The notes: a model not told the origin generated them from the letters alone. A stretch of DNA of 64,000 nucleotides from Antedon mediterranea (GCF_964355755.1 NC_092672.1:6882001-6946000); one strand, 5' to 3'. Positions 1 through 14,689 are shown, counted from the first letter of the stretch. A program made the numbers and translations.

Positions 1-1319
1 CTAGACTACTGTTGCCATCACGAACCACAACTGAAAAATATACTTTTTCCACCAGACCTAAAGTAATCCTTGGTCCGCCAAACTTGGCAGAATTCTCGAA
101 TTTTAATTTAAAAAAATTTGGCCATCATCTGGACACGATTTGGGTATTACAGTTTTGTTACTTATGACATTACGCCTTAGTATCATCTTTTTCATTATTG
201 CCTTTTTACTTGATTTTTGGTTGATTAGTAAATGTTAAATTGTTGTTATATTGGAATTGGTAACAACTCTTGGCTTGTGTAACATAATGTATTGATGAGC
301 TGTTTTAACCTCATGAACAGATTTACTTTTATTACTTTCATTTCTTTTATGTACATTTTCAAAGTATTGAATGATATGTCCTTTCTCATATCGAGTATTT
401 GGAAAATAATGGCTTATTCAAACTTCTTTAGCAATCCTTGAACAGTCTGGTTGGTTCAGTCACCATAAGCACATGTATGGTAATTGTAATATTTTCATTG
501 TTCTCGTAAAGACGAAATTCCCCATCATGTTCTGAGCTTGAGTATGATATTGTTTCTTAGAAATGAGGCTAAACCTTTTTGTTGATTTTTGCACAACATT
601 TCCATTCATAAAATTTGCATTGTTCACATAGTTCATTTTAAGTTTGAAAAAAGGGCAATATATGAAAAAGAGGATACTAGAGCGTAACATGTCATTAGTA
701 ACAAAACTGTTCCTATTCATCCAATCTCTTCTAGATGATTACTGTATATGGTCGATTTCTTTTTTTTTTTTAATTTGAAAATCTTTGAGAACCACAAAGC
801 TGGACGGTCCTTGGATGACTTAGGTCTGGAGGACAGAAATCTTCGGTGTCTTTTCCCCATTCAGTGGTTGTTCGTGTTATGGCAACAAAGAGAAATGTAG
901 CAACATGAAATTGTTATGCAACAGCAAACACAAGTGACGGAAACACTAACTTTCCAAAACAAAACTTTTACTGGATTTCATCAGTAGGCCTACACATTAT
1001 TGCTAAATATGTGGAAGACTTCATTTAAGTACTCGATTAGATGAGATTGGGTATTTTTTGTATATACAATTTTCTCATTTCTCATTTACATTACTCTAGA
1101 CTCACTACAAATAGGACAATCTATTCAACTTTGTTCAGTATACTTTGTTCAATTGCACATGCAAGCAGCCATCTTCGACAAGTGCTCAAAAGTGGGTTGC
1201 AAAATAATATCATAAATATACAATTAACTATACAATTAACTGAACAAATTTATAAATTTTATGTATTTAACAAGTCAATAACTATACTTCCTGACATTTT
1301 TTTGAAAAGTCTTCTATTA

Positions 1320-1870
1320 AGCAGAATAGAAACATATATATTCTGAACAATCTGACACCAAAATGAACTTTCCACTCCAACCCAATAATGAGATATGGCA
1401 ATTTGCCTGAAAAAACAGGTCAAAGGTCAAATATGGTATTTCTGGTCATTATTTGAGAAAAAACTTTATTATAGTAAATAGAAATGTTTATGTTCTGAAC
1501 ATTTTGACACCAACATTAACTCTCTATGACAAGTAGTTTTATGGATATCAAAATATATTAACCGTAACAAGGCTGGTAATTACATCGTAACGGTCAAAGG
1601 CAAAACTGAGTACTTCCGGTCATTTTTGGATAAAATGTTTCATTAAATTAAATAGTAACATATATATTCTGAACAATTTGACACTTAAATAAACTGTCTG
1701 TGACAACTATTTACTGAGATATGGCAATGCCTTAAAATATGGGTCAAAGGTTAAAACTGGTACTTCCGGTCATTCTTTTAAAAAAAACTTCATTAGAGTA
1801 AATAGGAATGTTTATGTTCTGAACATATTGGGCTAAAAATTAACTCTCTATGACCAGTATTTTTAGAGAT
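1320..1870. repeat. Diverged tandem ~150-175 bp repeats within an interspersed element
   Basis: ttctgaaca recurs at about 1341, 1493, 1667 and 1817, with ggtcaaagg motifs. Confidence 0.7.
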
Positions 1871-2076
1871 ATAGACTGTTTAAGCGAAAATGTCCGCCAT
1901 TTTAAATTATGCAAATTAGGTGACCCAAGGGGTCATTTTGCCTGGCGCCCATCAAAAATTGAATTTGTATAGGGTGGGCAACCTGTATACCAAATTTGGT
2001 GCTTTTGGAAGAAACTGAACCAAACACCCTTATTTCAGCCCTAACAGACTCCACTGTAAAGAATGTCATTTCATAC

Positions 2077-5000
2077 TTATTATACAGCGTTACATCCGGG
2101 ATCCATAAGGCTGACTGTTGAATAAACACTGCTGTTATATTGTTATAATCTTCAGGGTTCCATAACATAAATTCGTCTTTCCATGTCTGATATAGAAAAA
2201 TGAATGAATTTAAGCACTAAGTACGTATATAATTTTCTATATATCTATTGGCCTAAACGGGAAGGGTTACCCTCTTTAAGATAGTTGAAATACAATAGAC
2301 AAACATTACAACCAAAACGATGATTTCTAGACTTTTCTAGTAATAACCATAATCATGATAATCATAATCAAGTATAACTACCGGTGTATACTTAGAGCTT
2401 GGAGTTTGCGAATTTGTCTTTTTTGTTTGTATACGTTTGTTGATATGGATGAATATTCCGAAATAAAAGAAATTGAAAATAGTTGCGCATGCTCAGAAAC
2501 AAAAGAGTCAAAATTATTCACACTTTCCTCGAATGCAACACGCATTTATTAGTGCATGTGACCAGCTAATATAAAACGTTTATATTATTTAAAACAGTTA
2601 TTTTTATTTATCTTTAAATAAGTTAAAGATGTATTGTCCCTTGAAACACAAAAAAATGAAGGTCAAAATATTCTAAATTTAAAGTGGCCATATCAAAGTA
2701 AAATTAAAGTTTTTCACTTTAAGTCGAAAATTCGAGCCAAAAACAACAAGTTTACGTAATTAACAGGTAAATTAGTTTGATTACATTTCATCTGGAAAAT
2801 CGTCACGAGCGAAAGTAAACAAAGATTTCAAACCATGAGTACGCATTATGCATATGCTAAATTAGGATTGTTTACAACTCGTCACGGTTAAAATGGACCT
2901 GAAATGGATTTTCGATTTTTTTCATTTTAGAATGATGTTTTGGGGGCTATTAGGTGTTGCTAGAATGTATATTGTTACAAAATATAAATTGGCCCTTTTG
3001 GGGAAAGCCCCATTTGAAAATCAAAAAAATTCGCGGGTGACGTCACTTTGCGAATATATTCCTATCCCTCCAATGAACAATTTGCAGTTTTTTGGCTATA
3101 ACTCTTGAAATCTATGGAGTATTTTCTAAAAAATGCCTGTGCATTTGCAGAAACGTATTTAGAATTTTTTTAGATAAAATTATTACCGTATAAACGGTTA
3201 TTCATCGAGTAAATGACGATTTAAAATCTTAAAATCAACGGTTTTTTTTCTGGCAATACCGAAGTTGGCCTGGCAACGTTGTCCGGGATACAGCTCCGTG
3301 CGCAATGATGCGTATCCATATTTTCCGTTGTGTATTTTGTATCGTTCGTAATTTATACTGCTAAAATGTGTTACTTTCTTTAGTTTTTAGTTTAGCAGAA
3401 TTAAATTAGTAATATGAGATGATAATTTATTTGTCACGAATCAGGCAGTTCGAAAACGAATTTTATTCATATTTTACTTTGTCTTGACAATGAGCGCAAC
3501 AAGTTGTTGATATCGCTTTGGTCCTTGGATGCACATGAAACGGAGCCTCGCCGCATGATGTGGGTGGTGGATCGACTCCGCGCACTGGATTGGGGGCCTA
3601 GGCCTAGTAAAGGTTTGGGAGGTAGGCCTTCTAAATTCGGGTTTTAGAACAAACGAAGTACATTTTAGGGACCTATATTTCAACAACATTAGATATTGAA
3701 TAAATTAGTATTAGTGTCAACGCTTCGCGTATCTTTCCAGGCCGTCGATCATTCACTGACTATCGGGCGGCATACACGCTCTCGATATCATCGTGTGTAT
3801 ATGTGACGTCGTGAATATAGAGGCTTCCGACGGCCGTTGAAATAGAATATTGCAATGGCGTGAGTAATTTTCGCTAATTTACCATGGTATCTTAAAATTT
3901 CGTTTTTACTCAAAATACTATACATTTTGTTTTTATTTGTATGAATTTGTGTTAATTTGATACATTTAAATAACATGTGTGAATTTCTTGAAAATCGAAA
4001 TTCCATTTCAGGTCCATTTTAAGAAGGTATTTTCACACAGATCATGAGGAAGTTTTATGATTATGCATACAGAGTAGCCAAACAAGCGCGTTTCATTATG
4101 GGATATGTTTTGATTGAAAACTTTGACTGGAAGTCAAAGTTATTTTTGTAACAAAAAAACGTATGTATTTCAGTTAACATTTTTTTTTTCGAAACATTTT
4201 TGGTGATAGTTAATAACTATTATGATACTTCAAAATGACCCACCTTTTTTCGAAATCTTTTATTTTTTATTTTTTTGGAATTAGTCAAAGGGACAATACA
4301 TCTTTAAGTTTTTAAATAAATAAATAGGCCCAAATAAGTTTTTAATAAGATTAAGTCGAATCACTTACCATCTTATACCAACCGCTTATTGTCATTTCTT
4401 GTCTGTTTTCACTCTGAATACAAATAATAAATGATTAGATGACCTTATTCGAAGGTTTGAGTGCGACTGTTTTCAACATCGCCGCCATTTCATCTCTCTG
4501 AATGATTCATTTTTTGTAATACTTATATAAGGCGGAAAATTGCAATTATATGCAGTGAGGATTTATGTAAGAATAGTATCATTAAAATCTATTGAAATGT
4601 AGGCCTATCATAATTCAATACGTAATTTTTATAATCTCACTTTTACATTTCCAATACATTATTAATATAATTACAAATCAGTTTGTTTTGCCGCCATTTT
4701 TGCCGCCATTTTCGCCGCCATTTTTGCCGCCATTTTTGCCGCCATTTTTGCCGCTGCTTATTTCTGTTTATAATCTTTTCGGAATTAATATAGGCCAATC
4801 AATAAAAAGTAATTTGTGAATCAAATTGAATATACAGGTAAAGGCCATATGGATTATAGAATTATAGAGTTATTATTATTAAAACCAATAATAACCATAG
4901 ACTACTAATGATACTGTGACATTTAATGTTTTGCATCAACCTGTCAATAGAATGACATCATTTAACGAATTGAAAGTTTGACACACGAGCAATCTAAATA

Positions 5001-6604
5001 ACAGATTCGATTAAAGTTCCATTATTAATTATTAATTATTCATACTAACAGCTTGTGTAAACATTAATGCTAATAGTGCACGAATTAATGTATTGTTAAT
5101 TATTTAAATAATATCATTATTATATGTGTCGGCTTGTGTCAATATTATTTTCACTCTGGCGTATTTATCTCATATGTATGTACACACAATTAATCTCGTA
5201 ATACAGGTTGTAGAAAATACAAGCATAATGATTTGGTATTTATTTTCAATTCACTTTATACGAGTTACGCTAATACAGTGTATGCAGTGTAAGACTGAAA
5301 TATGAATATTATTAATACAGAAATCGAACTGCATACGTAGTCTTGATTTTCTAAAGTTAAAACAACTCAACAGTAACGATATAAAGATTACTTTACTCGA
5401 TCATGTAAAAAAAAATCGATATGTGTTTTGTAATAAAGTGCAGATTACAAGAAATACTGGTACAGTTTAATAGAAAATCTACGAACATATTACATTTTAG
5501 TTACTTTGCGAAGTTTTAATCCTAAAATGTTGATTATTACATTTGTGTTGGCTTCTTTTTGTTTTAATTCTTTAGTTTTTATTTTACTTTATTAATTCTT
5601 ATGACGGATGGACAGTGTATCGTGGTATAACTCAACGCAAGGATTTACTCACAACCATAATTAATTGGACCAATCACAAGCGAGAGATGATTTGAGCTGT
5701 CCCATGTGATTGGTCAAATTAATTGTTCATCATGTAAATTTTTGTATCGCGTGAAGAGAACCAATCTATAGAATGATTAAAATTAAACGTCTTACCACTT
5801 CAATTACTTGCGTAATAAGTAGTCGCAAAACGACTGTAACGTTTGTTGATGGATCTCGTACTGGCCTTGCTGTTGGGTGAATATAGTTTTCGAGTAATTC
5901 ACGTATTAGATCTGATTCTGAGTTCTGAGCCAGTAAATGGACAGCTAAAATGTATATAAAAATAACATATTATTCCAAGTGAATTATTAATAATCGATAA
6001 TGCCAATTGCAGGATGGAGAAACTACTGCGTTTTCTTTTCAGAACTAATATACGTGGTGTACCGCAAACTTTATATCAACGATAATGGATAGTTTTTTAA
6101 TGGCTTGATGCCTTTCTTTTCTTTATAAGAATATTTCTTATACTCTATCACTTGACATGAAACGAATCGTCAGAAAATCACCGGACATCTGATAAACATC
6201 TAATTTATTAATTAAATTTTTTTTTTACTCAATCCAACAGAAAATATGACTCGCCAATTGCAGGATGGAGAAACTATTGCGTTTCTAGAAAAAAGTTACA
6301 GGCGTATAAACAAAATGGCGCTCTATTGAACGTCAGAAAAATCATGAAACTTCAAAGAGATTTGAACAAAGGACCCTCCGATTGTCATGCCTGTATGTTA
6401 ACCACCAAGACATAGCACCACATATCGAATATTACCAAAAGTGTACGCCCAATCTAAAGATAAGTGATCACATTAGCATTATAAAACACTTTGCTTATAT
6501 GCTGTTACTTATCCTAAACCGCTCATTAACATCAAATACAATTATCACAACGTACCTGAATGAAGCGAAAATATTATCAACGTAAGTATCTTGCAAAAAT
6601 TCAT
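2077..6604 (-). CDS. Gene A: nicotinic acetylcholine receptor-like subunit, N-terminal part (exons 1-4; remainder lies beyond the left edge)
   Basis: GT-AG exons in matching phases: 6556-6604 (MNFCKILTLIIFSLHS, signal peptide), 5796-5944 (ESDLIRELLENY..ARPVRDPSTNVTVVLRLLITQVIEV), 4369-4413 (SENRQEMTISGWYKM) and 2077-2186 (TWKDEFMLWNPEDY..WIPDVTLYN). The 45- and 110-nt exons are typical of nAChR genes. Loop D Trp and loop A Tyr are retained. Confidence 0.9.
2627..4303. mobile_element. TTAA-flanked non-autonomous DNA transposon (Kolobok-like)
   Basis: TIR agatgtattgtccc / gggacaatacatct with TTAA on both sides. A similar terminus occurs near 61667. Confidence 0.75.
2892..4018. mobile_element. 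Second TTAA-flanked element nested in the first
   Basis: TIR aatggacctgaaatgga(t/a)tttcgatttt, with TTAA at 2888-2891 and 4019-4022. Confidence 0.8.
4685..4755. repeat. 12-bp minisatellite (ttttgccgccat) x about 6
   Basis: Read directly from the sequence. Confidence 0.9.
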
Positions 6605-6822
6605 CTTTTAATCTAAAAAAAAACATAATGTGACAAAAGTGTGTCGATATCAAAATAAATTAATGCGTACCGCGTTGCCGATAGCAGAATAATTCAGACT
6701 TGTTTAATCATCACAGTATTCTAATCAGGCGTATTGCGTTTTTTTTTGCGTCAAAAGCGTTTGATTACCGGTACTGCCCGCGGGGTTGCCACTTGAGACG
6801 CAACGCAATGACGTGGATGTAA

Positions 6823-7001
6823 AGCGTGGTTCCCACTAGCGACGCAACACAGAGACGTAACGCAACGCAAGTGAATTGACCAATCACAAGCGATGGCTTA
6901 TTCGCTTGTGATTGCTAACTGTCTATAACTTCGCTTGTCATTGGTTAAAACGCTTGCATTGCGTTTACGTCCTTGCGTTACGTTATAGTGGGAACCAAGC
7001 T
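6823..7001. mobile_element. Short palindromic MITE (ggttcccacta family), nested in an older copy of itself
   Basis: TIR agc(g/t)tggttcccacta with TAA flanks. Related sequence spans 6785-7200. Confidence 0.8.
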
Positions 7002-7679
7002 TAACGTAAGCGAGTTGACCAACGACAAGCTCGAAAAATCCATCACTTGTAATCGGTCAAAACACCGTACGGTATGCTTAGTTCCATGCCACTACGGAAC
7101 GCAAGCACGTAGACGCAACGCCAGCGAGTTTTTCGAATAATCGCTTGTAATTCGTCAAATAATTTACGTTGCGCTTACATGCGTCCCAGTGGGAAGTAAG
7201 ATTTTAGCTTAATTTTCACAATTTCTTTACATATGGATTTGCAATAACGTTGTACTTACGTCCTTTCGTTGTGTCCTAATATGAACTTATAAGCGAAATG
7301 AACTGAAAATGTATCACTGTACTCAATTCAGATACTTTTAGTCGACCTTACACTGATTAGAGGTTAAAGCTTACCAGTTTAACTATGAATTTAAAAACAA
7401 CTGAACAATAACACCAGATTAATTGTGTAATTTTATTGTAAGCGGTGATGTGGTACTTATACCCGCAACTTACGTTAGGTAGTCGCTGATCGCCTATGAC
7501 TAAAGCAATTTATTGTGAAGCATTGTTTTCATTATGAATAATATAAATTTTGATTTCTGTACTTAATAATGGAATGAATTTTTCACTGATATATTTAATG
7601 TTTATAGTAAAATTGATAAATCGTTGTTATTACCGTTAAATGTTTATAATTATGTATTTATCGTGTCAAGTGACCCGCG

Positions 7680-8048
7680 GTTAACGATCACGATAGACAA
7701 ATATGCATTTTTCATACATAAAACAAAAGAAATATAAAAACTGTTCATTCTAGAACTATTAATAACCATCTATGCTTCCTTTGATGAAAATGATATTTTC
7801 ACACGTCCAATCAAATGACGTCATGATTAGTAAGAGCAAAAATATCGTGACAATACAACGATTTTATTGTTTTTATTTATCATGACGTCATTTGATTGGA
7901 ATTTAAAAAATGTAATCAAAGACAATATAAATGATTATCCTATAGTTTTAGAACTAAAACCTTTCTAATTTCTTTTGTTTTATATAAAAAAAAATGCTTG
8001 CTTATATATTTATCGTCGATCGTTATCGTTCTATTGTATGGGCCTTAA
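7680..8048. mobile_element. Imperfectly palindromic MITE-like repeat; a related copy lies at about 32940-33370
   Basis: Inverted symmetry (tccaatcaaatgacgtcatgat / atcatgacgtcatttgattgga). Shares atcgtgacaatacaacgattttattg with about 33200. Confidence 0.65.
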
Positions 8049-9847
8049 CAACCATAATTATTAAAATCTATCCCGACTTGCTTTGAGATTTTACAACGCT
8101 TTAACACTTTCGTACTAATTGAATAATGTGTTTACATTTTTATATGATTTGTGTGTGTGTGTGAACCAGGCATTAGTCAATTTATAAGTAGGCCTATGTA
8201 AGATAACAACATTTGAAAATGTTATATCAACAAAAAATGTAATTTCTCAGAGTTTGAAATAGCAGCGCATCAGCTAATTGCATTCACGCATTCTCAAAGC
8301 AAATTGTTTTGTATCAAGGACTCCGGCAGGATAACTAGTATATTATTAAAAGTAGGGCAGGCTATTGAAATAACACGCCCACATTTATCCAAACTAATTT
8401 TCGAAATCATAATAGAAAGAAAATTAAAAGAACACTTTTTGATGAAATGGTAATAAATAACCATATTAAAAAATATTAATAATAACCTTGAGAATCTTAT
8501 TATATTTTGTTTGTACATGTTGCGTAATTAGCATTTTTGCCAATCATTTCCGTGAATCGATCGTGGTTTGTAAACTCAAACCATTTAAATAATAATATTA
8601 TCTCAACATATTCAAATTTATAAAAAAAAAATTAGATTAATAAAACCATTGAGAAATAAGTTAAATTTCTCCATGATATAGTAAATACTTTATTCACTTA
8701 GCCAATTACAGGATGGGTAGTTCTAAAACGTAATTAAAAGGATTTGGACATAGAACTTCGGGGTTCAAATGACAAGCAACAAGCTACAGTGTCATTCTAC
8801 TAAGGTTTATATTATGTTGCTATTTTACCATTGTTTTGGACAAGTTAAGGTATTCGTACTTTTTGTAAATTGTCCTATTTTGAGGTCAAGTACGGTATAT
8901 AATATTATTCTTCAATTTTAGTAAATTCATTTTGATAAATGGCTTATTTAATGGTATCGCACGCCAAGTGGGTCAAATTACATTTAAAAAAGATTTCTAT
9001 TCAATATCTGAATTGATCTAGCGTGACATTTAACACAGAAGTATAATTATATTATATCAAAAAGTCGTAATTTTGATATTATAGAAAAACATACTGTATT
9101 CCTTTGTCGTTTTAAACAATTAATAATATTAAGTTGAGTTTATGTTTTTCAAAATATAGCAGGCAACCAATTTATCATTGATGCCAACGAATGCAAACAC
9201 TATAGTTACAAGAAATATACTGTACAATCGGGTATTTAACAAACAGAATATTAAAGATAGATTTTGAAATTTTGGCCTAAAATTGAATCACAACACTGTT
9301 TATACTTACTTAACGAAACTCGAGATAACCACACACTTCTTCTTTATAACGATATAGAAACTTAGATTTCCAAATCTGTCTAAAGTTAGCCTAACATCCC
9401 GAGCTGTATTTTTTTTGGATTGATTGAAGAACGTTAGAAACTGCATTTCTACCGACGATGATAGAGGGGGTAATCTACGTTGCTCATACGGAGCCATTCA
9501 GATATGGCTCTCTGCATGCTCTATACTGATGGTTTATGCATGGAGGTATTTAACCGCGTCTAGTATCCACAATCACGTGTTAAACTCGCAGGATACGCCA
9601 ATGACCTTCCGAGAAAAAAATCGCGGGTTTGTTGAGTATGATCAGACAAATGACTCCATGATATGATGTTGGTATATAACGTTTAAATGCACCTAATTTT
9701 ACACATCATTTATGTCAAAATGGAAAATATGTGATAAAAAAAATTCGTCATTATTATACTTGAAAATAAGCTAAACAAAACAAACAGAGTAAAGTGGCGA
9801 ACTTTGTATTTAATTTGACAACAAATTGAAATAATATCAAGATACCT

Positions 9848-10950
9848 ATCATATCATATCATATCATTTATTTCGCCAATATACAGAACAGTACAAAAAA
9901 AACAATACAAAAGTAAGTCAATGAGGCCGGATAACCTAAAAGTTACAAATAAAAATAACCGTCGAGAGGCTCTCCACATCGAAATACTTACATAAAATGA
10001 ATAATACATGGATTCTATTAAAATTTAGATAAAACTATAAAATTCAGCAATGTGTTTTTATAAAAAATTGTAAATTTAAAAAGATAGAATTAAGAAAATA
10101 TCTTTAAAATATACATATGTTCAGATTAAAACAGATTGTTAAAATATTTCTTAAGGCTATGCTTAAAACAGTTTATATTAATTAAAAGTTGGTCGCAGAG
10201 ATCCGCAGGCAGATCTCTAAAATGTCTAACAAAAAAATTAAAGACAGAGTTATGAAATAAATCAGTCCGGGCTATAAAATTATTGCGTAACTTAAGGTTA
10301 TTAACATGTCTGCCTAACTAAAACCTTCCTAAAGCTTGGTTCCCACTAGCGACGAAACGTAACGCAATCTACGCAACGTAAGAAAATGCACTTCTAATAA
10401 TTGTGTTTGCCCCCGTCAAATCAAATCAAACCTGCGAGGTTTGCAGCACTGTTGCGTCGTCGGTTCCCACTTTTGATTACGCATTATAGCACTTTGCGTC
10501 AATACGTCGCTGCGTCGCATTCTAGTGGGAACCACGCTTTAAGGAACACAGGATTGTTATGATTTTAAGCAATTTTACAATTGGTACTACTAAAGCTATT
10601 ACTATGAAGTGAGAATAACTATAGTACATTTCCAAAACGTATGCATAAGACGTTGGTTTTGACATTTGCAGCATGTATCTTATTGTCATTTAAATTTAGC
10701 GCTCGCTCGCACACCGTATCGTACACTCCGGCATACTCTTTCTATTGTTGCATACTGTTCATGGAAGAAAGCACCACAGACTCGAAAGTTACAGCTCCTC
10801 TGAATATATGTACGTCTCTTCGGCTTATAAATTATGCTTGGATATACCGGTACTGAATACAAATATAGCGTCCTACCAGGGAAGAGTGAAATTAATTTAT
10901 CTCTTCCCTGGTTATACCTTGGAGGATGTATTATTACCGCGGATTGAACA
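9848..10950 (-). mobile_element. Heavily decayed CR1/L2-like LINE 3' remnant, interrupted by a MITE
   Basis: Minus strand has aataaa followed by a (tgata)n tail, and ARTDLFHNSVF..RDLP resembling CR1/L2 ORF2 C-termini. The 5' boundary is uncertain. Confidence 0.45.
10333..10538. mobile_element. MITE, ggttcccacta family
   Basis: agcttggttcccactag ... ctagtgggaaccacgct. Confidence 0.8.
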
Positions 10951-12057
10951 TCTTAAGCTCTCCGTGCCAATTAGAATTATACACGATTATGATTTGACAA
11001 GCTTTGGATTAACAAATGGGAATCATTCGGACATTGTGTGCTTAAACAGTGTAAGTACTGATTTTATTATTAATTAAATTTAATGAATATTATTTACATA
11101 ACAATTAGTTACTTTAATTCTACTGTAACTTTTTATTATTATTGTTAGTATTACTACAGAATATACCCGGGCGTAGATTAGCGTCCACCCCGGCCCTTGT
11201 TGAGGTTATTAGGAATAAATTAAGACAATACAAAAGTCCTGTACTGATGATTTAAATAATTTTACGTTGTCCGTCGGTCTATGTACAGTATTTAAAATGT
11301 TCGTTACTTGTGATTCAGTTGTCTGCTTCGATTTGTTTACGCGACACACAGTTCTTGGTAACATGCGCATGCACACGAATTACTTACTATTAGGTTCCTT
11401 AAATCAGGGAGGAATTATTTCTAAATAATGCCTCCATGCTTTATTTGTTGTTTTATTATTTGAAGTTTCATGGTGTATTAACTGAAATAAAACTGATTTA
11501 ATTAGATTTTATTTTAATACGAAGCGCGTCCAGATCAGATTGCAATAATATTATTGCAACACAATCTGGAAACATGTATACATTTAATACATTTATAAGA
11601 ATAATTACCCTTGGTGATATATACAATATTATTGTATATATAACTTTATGGGTAAAATATTCAGGTGGTAGTTGTTTATGATTTATTTTATTGTAGAGAT
11701 ATAAATTAACCGAACGTAAACTAACTAAATGACCTTTCTCCCATCATTAAAAGCAGTACACATTCAACTTATACATTTTACAGTATACAAGCTCAAATAG
11801 GGATAGAAATAACATACTTAAATTCAACAAAATAGGGATAGAAGGAACACGAAATTAAATATGTTTAAAATAATACATTTTTTTATATATTATTTTTGCT
11901 CTTAAATTAAAATCAGAAAAAGAATAGTTAAAATTGATATCCAGCAGTAAATAGGCAGAAACAAAAGAAATGATATTAACAATGCAAATGGTTAAATTTT
12001 ATTTTAGGAAATGTAACATTTGAAATCGTAATTATTTAATAACTGTACAACCTGTTA

Positions 12058-12201
12058 AGCTCTGTCTACAGTATCAAACTTTGTGTGACAAACATACAGA
12101 ATGTGCCCATATATAGACATGATGATGTCATATCACTACCATATTTGTATACGTACATCACACTTTTTTTTCTAAACTAGTTTGATAGTGTAGACTGAGC
12201 T
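12058..12201. mobile_element. ~140-bp MITE (gctctgtctaca family)
   Basis: TIR agctctgtctaca..atcaaact. Other copies at about 13995-14112 and 21959-22092. Confidence 0.8.
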
Positions 12202-13994
12202 AACTATAAGTATGTTTTTTTTAATAAATTGCCTACAATAAACATTGATTAAAACAAAAATTTATGAGCATTAAGTAACAGTTACTACCATTTAAAAAAC
12301 AAACATGTAACAAACACTGTCTCCATGGTAACAGTATCTCATCTATTAATTTAAAATAGAAAATTGGAAGATTAATTTTAAATATGATTTTTTAATGCAT
12401 TTTTATTTTACCTTTGATTTTATTTATTTACCCCATGTAAATTATATCTCAAACGATAATAATAAAATCTGCGATAAAGATGTAAAATATGAGTAGATTT
12501 ATTTGGTATTAGAGATTTAATTAATAAAGGCAGCCATCTTGTTCTGGTAATGTTGATCAAAATAGTTGGACTAATGTATTGAAGAATGGTTTCAACAACT
12601 AATCGCCAAAGCGCCACCATTTTTCCAGTAACAGACATCGGAGAGTAATAGATAATATTGAACAAAAGTTGTTTATAAGTTGTTTGTTAGATCAAGGAAC
12701 AATATTTTTTAGTATTTGAATTTAATGCATATTGGTCGCTGAAAATATTAAAAACTATATGAAATGTAATTGTACATGTACAGTAACACATTTATATTAA
12801 CAGAATAACCAGATAACATTTGAAAATAATAAAAACACCCCACAACTACAGTGCTTGCTTTTTATAATATACATAGTGACTCTTAACTACGGGTGTCATT
12901 TCCATCGAAATTCGTCGGTAAGTTGGCTCTACCCTCTTTTAAGGATGGACTATATATATTTATTGATGTACATATTATATTGCTTGAGTGTTTGCATGTC
13001 GAAATCAAATGTTGATATATAAAGTTGCGGTACACCAGTACGTATATTAGTTCTGAACAGAAGTGTTGAGTTTCTCGACGTTTCTATCAGTATGCTTAGA
13101 TCGTCCTCAGTAGAAGATGAGTTTTTTCTCACTGATGAGGACGATCAAAGCATATTGATCAAAACGCCAAGTAACTCAACAGATCTACATATGATTTCAA
13201 TTTGTATGTAATGTAAATGTATGAATACAGTTTATTTGTCAAACTATTTATGTAACAATAATTTTTTTAAATATGCAAATAAAGGTGAGTGAACCTCACA
13301 AAAAGCTAGGTTTTGTACAATGAGTTTCGGTCACCTAGTATTAATAATTTTAATAATAATATCAGTTCAAAAATGGTAACAATCTGTCATCTGTACAGAC
13401 GTTCTACTTAATATGACGCCCTCATTAGGATGTCTTATTACTATATGCTCGATTTTGATTGGACAATACAGTATAATATAGCAACTGTTTAACTTTCACC
13501 TTGTTGCAGTGATTACTCATGATACATTTCGCAATATTCTTTTTGTTGGCTGTTACTGATTGCAATTATCATGATTTAATATTTGTTATTTAATAACTAG
13601 GAATGGTGTTATCATTATCAATTTAACATTCACCAGTTGTTAATGGTACCGGTACAAAACTGAACAATGGTAACATTATAATTGACCCACATGACATCTT
13701 TAGAACAATTTCTACAAAATCAACACTTGATTAAATTATTGATTGATTAAATATTGCTTGCCTCATTTAACATTGATACTAGAGGGTACTTGACTCAACA
13801 TTTGATGTAAGCATACACATATTTTAGTTCTTTTTTTATTTGTTGTTTAAGTTCACTCGGCTAATTCTTTTTTAGCCCCAGTAAGATAGATTAAATATTT
13901 ACTATCATTAAAAAAGCACAACTCAGACATAATGCTTATCATACTCATGTGATCACATTTCTGTGAAGATATTACCTGAACTAAATCTCTATCT

Positions 13995-14112
13995 TGCACT
14001 ATCAAACTAGTTTGACCAAAAAAGTGTGAAGTGCACAAAGATGGCAGTGATATGAAATCATCAAGTCCATATATGGACACATCACATAAAGTTTGATAGT
14101 GTAGACAGAACT
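13995..14112. mobile_element. MITE, gctctgtctaca family (truncated)
   Basis: cactatcaaactagtttgac ... aagtttgatagtgtagacagaact. Confidence 0.72.
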
Positions 14113-14689
14113 ATGTATGTACAAAGGTATTACTATAGTATTTGGAAAATATTTTAAGTTATGATATTGTGTAATATTTTTTTCTTTATATATACAGTAG
14201 GCTATATTACTGAATTGTAATATACACCGCACCGCAAACACAGTAATTTGACCACCAATAACGACGCGACGGATTATCCGAACTGTCGCTTGTGATTGGT
14301 CAACTCATGTGTTCACAGTTGCGCTTACGTTCTTGCGTTGCCTAAAAGTAAGAACCAACGACGTCAATCGTGACGTCTTTATAAATAATAATTATATAAA
14401 TAGTTTGGAACATTTGCTGAAACATCCATGAGGGATCACCCGTTTCTGTACTGTATCTAGATTTCCCCAGTATCATAGGAATATTTGGTAATACAACCCT
14501 TAACCTATCTTACTGTACATGGTACAGGCACCACATGTGATGCAAATGAGATGCTGCTAAGATACGGGACAATATTGTAGTATATTGTATGTATACAGCA
14601 CTGAGAAGAATTGAGTAGTGGGGTTCGAACCGGCGATCTGTCGTTTGCCAGGTCGAATACCATTATTATATAAACCGCATAGGCAATTA

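Noticed and set aside
10-890. Imperfect inverted repeats at about 10-85 and 790-887
   Set aside because: Probably an old MITE, but too degenerate to define termini or a TSD.
7370-7440. Candidate first exon of gene A (strong GTAAG donor)
   Set aside because: There is a stop in the required phase. 6556-6604 gives a proper ATG and signal peptide.
14600-14680. tRNA B-box-like GGTTCGAAC just after the gene B stop
   Set aside because: No complete cloverleaf; at most a SINE remnant.
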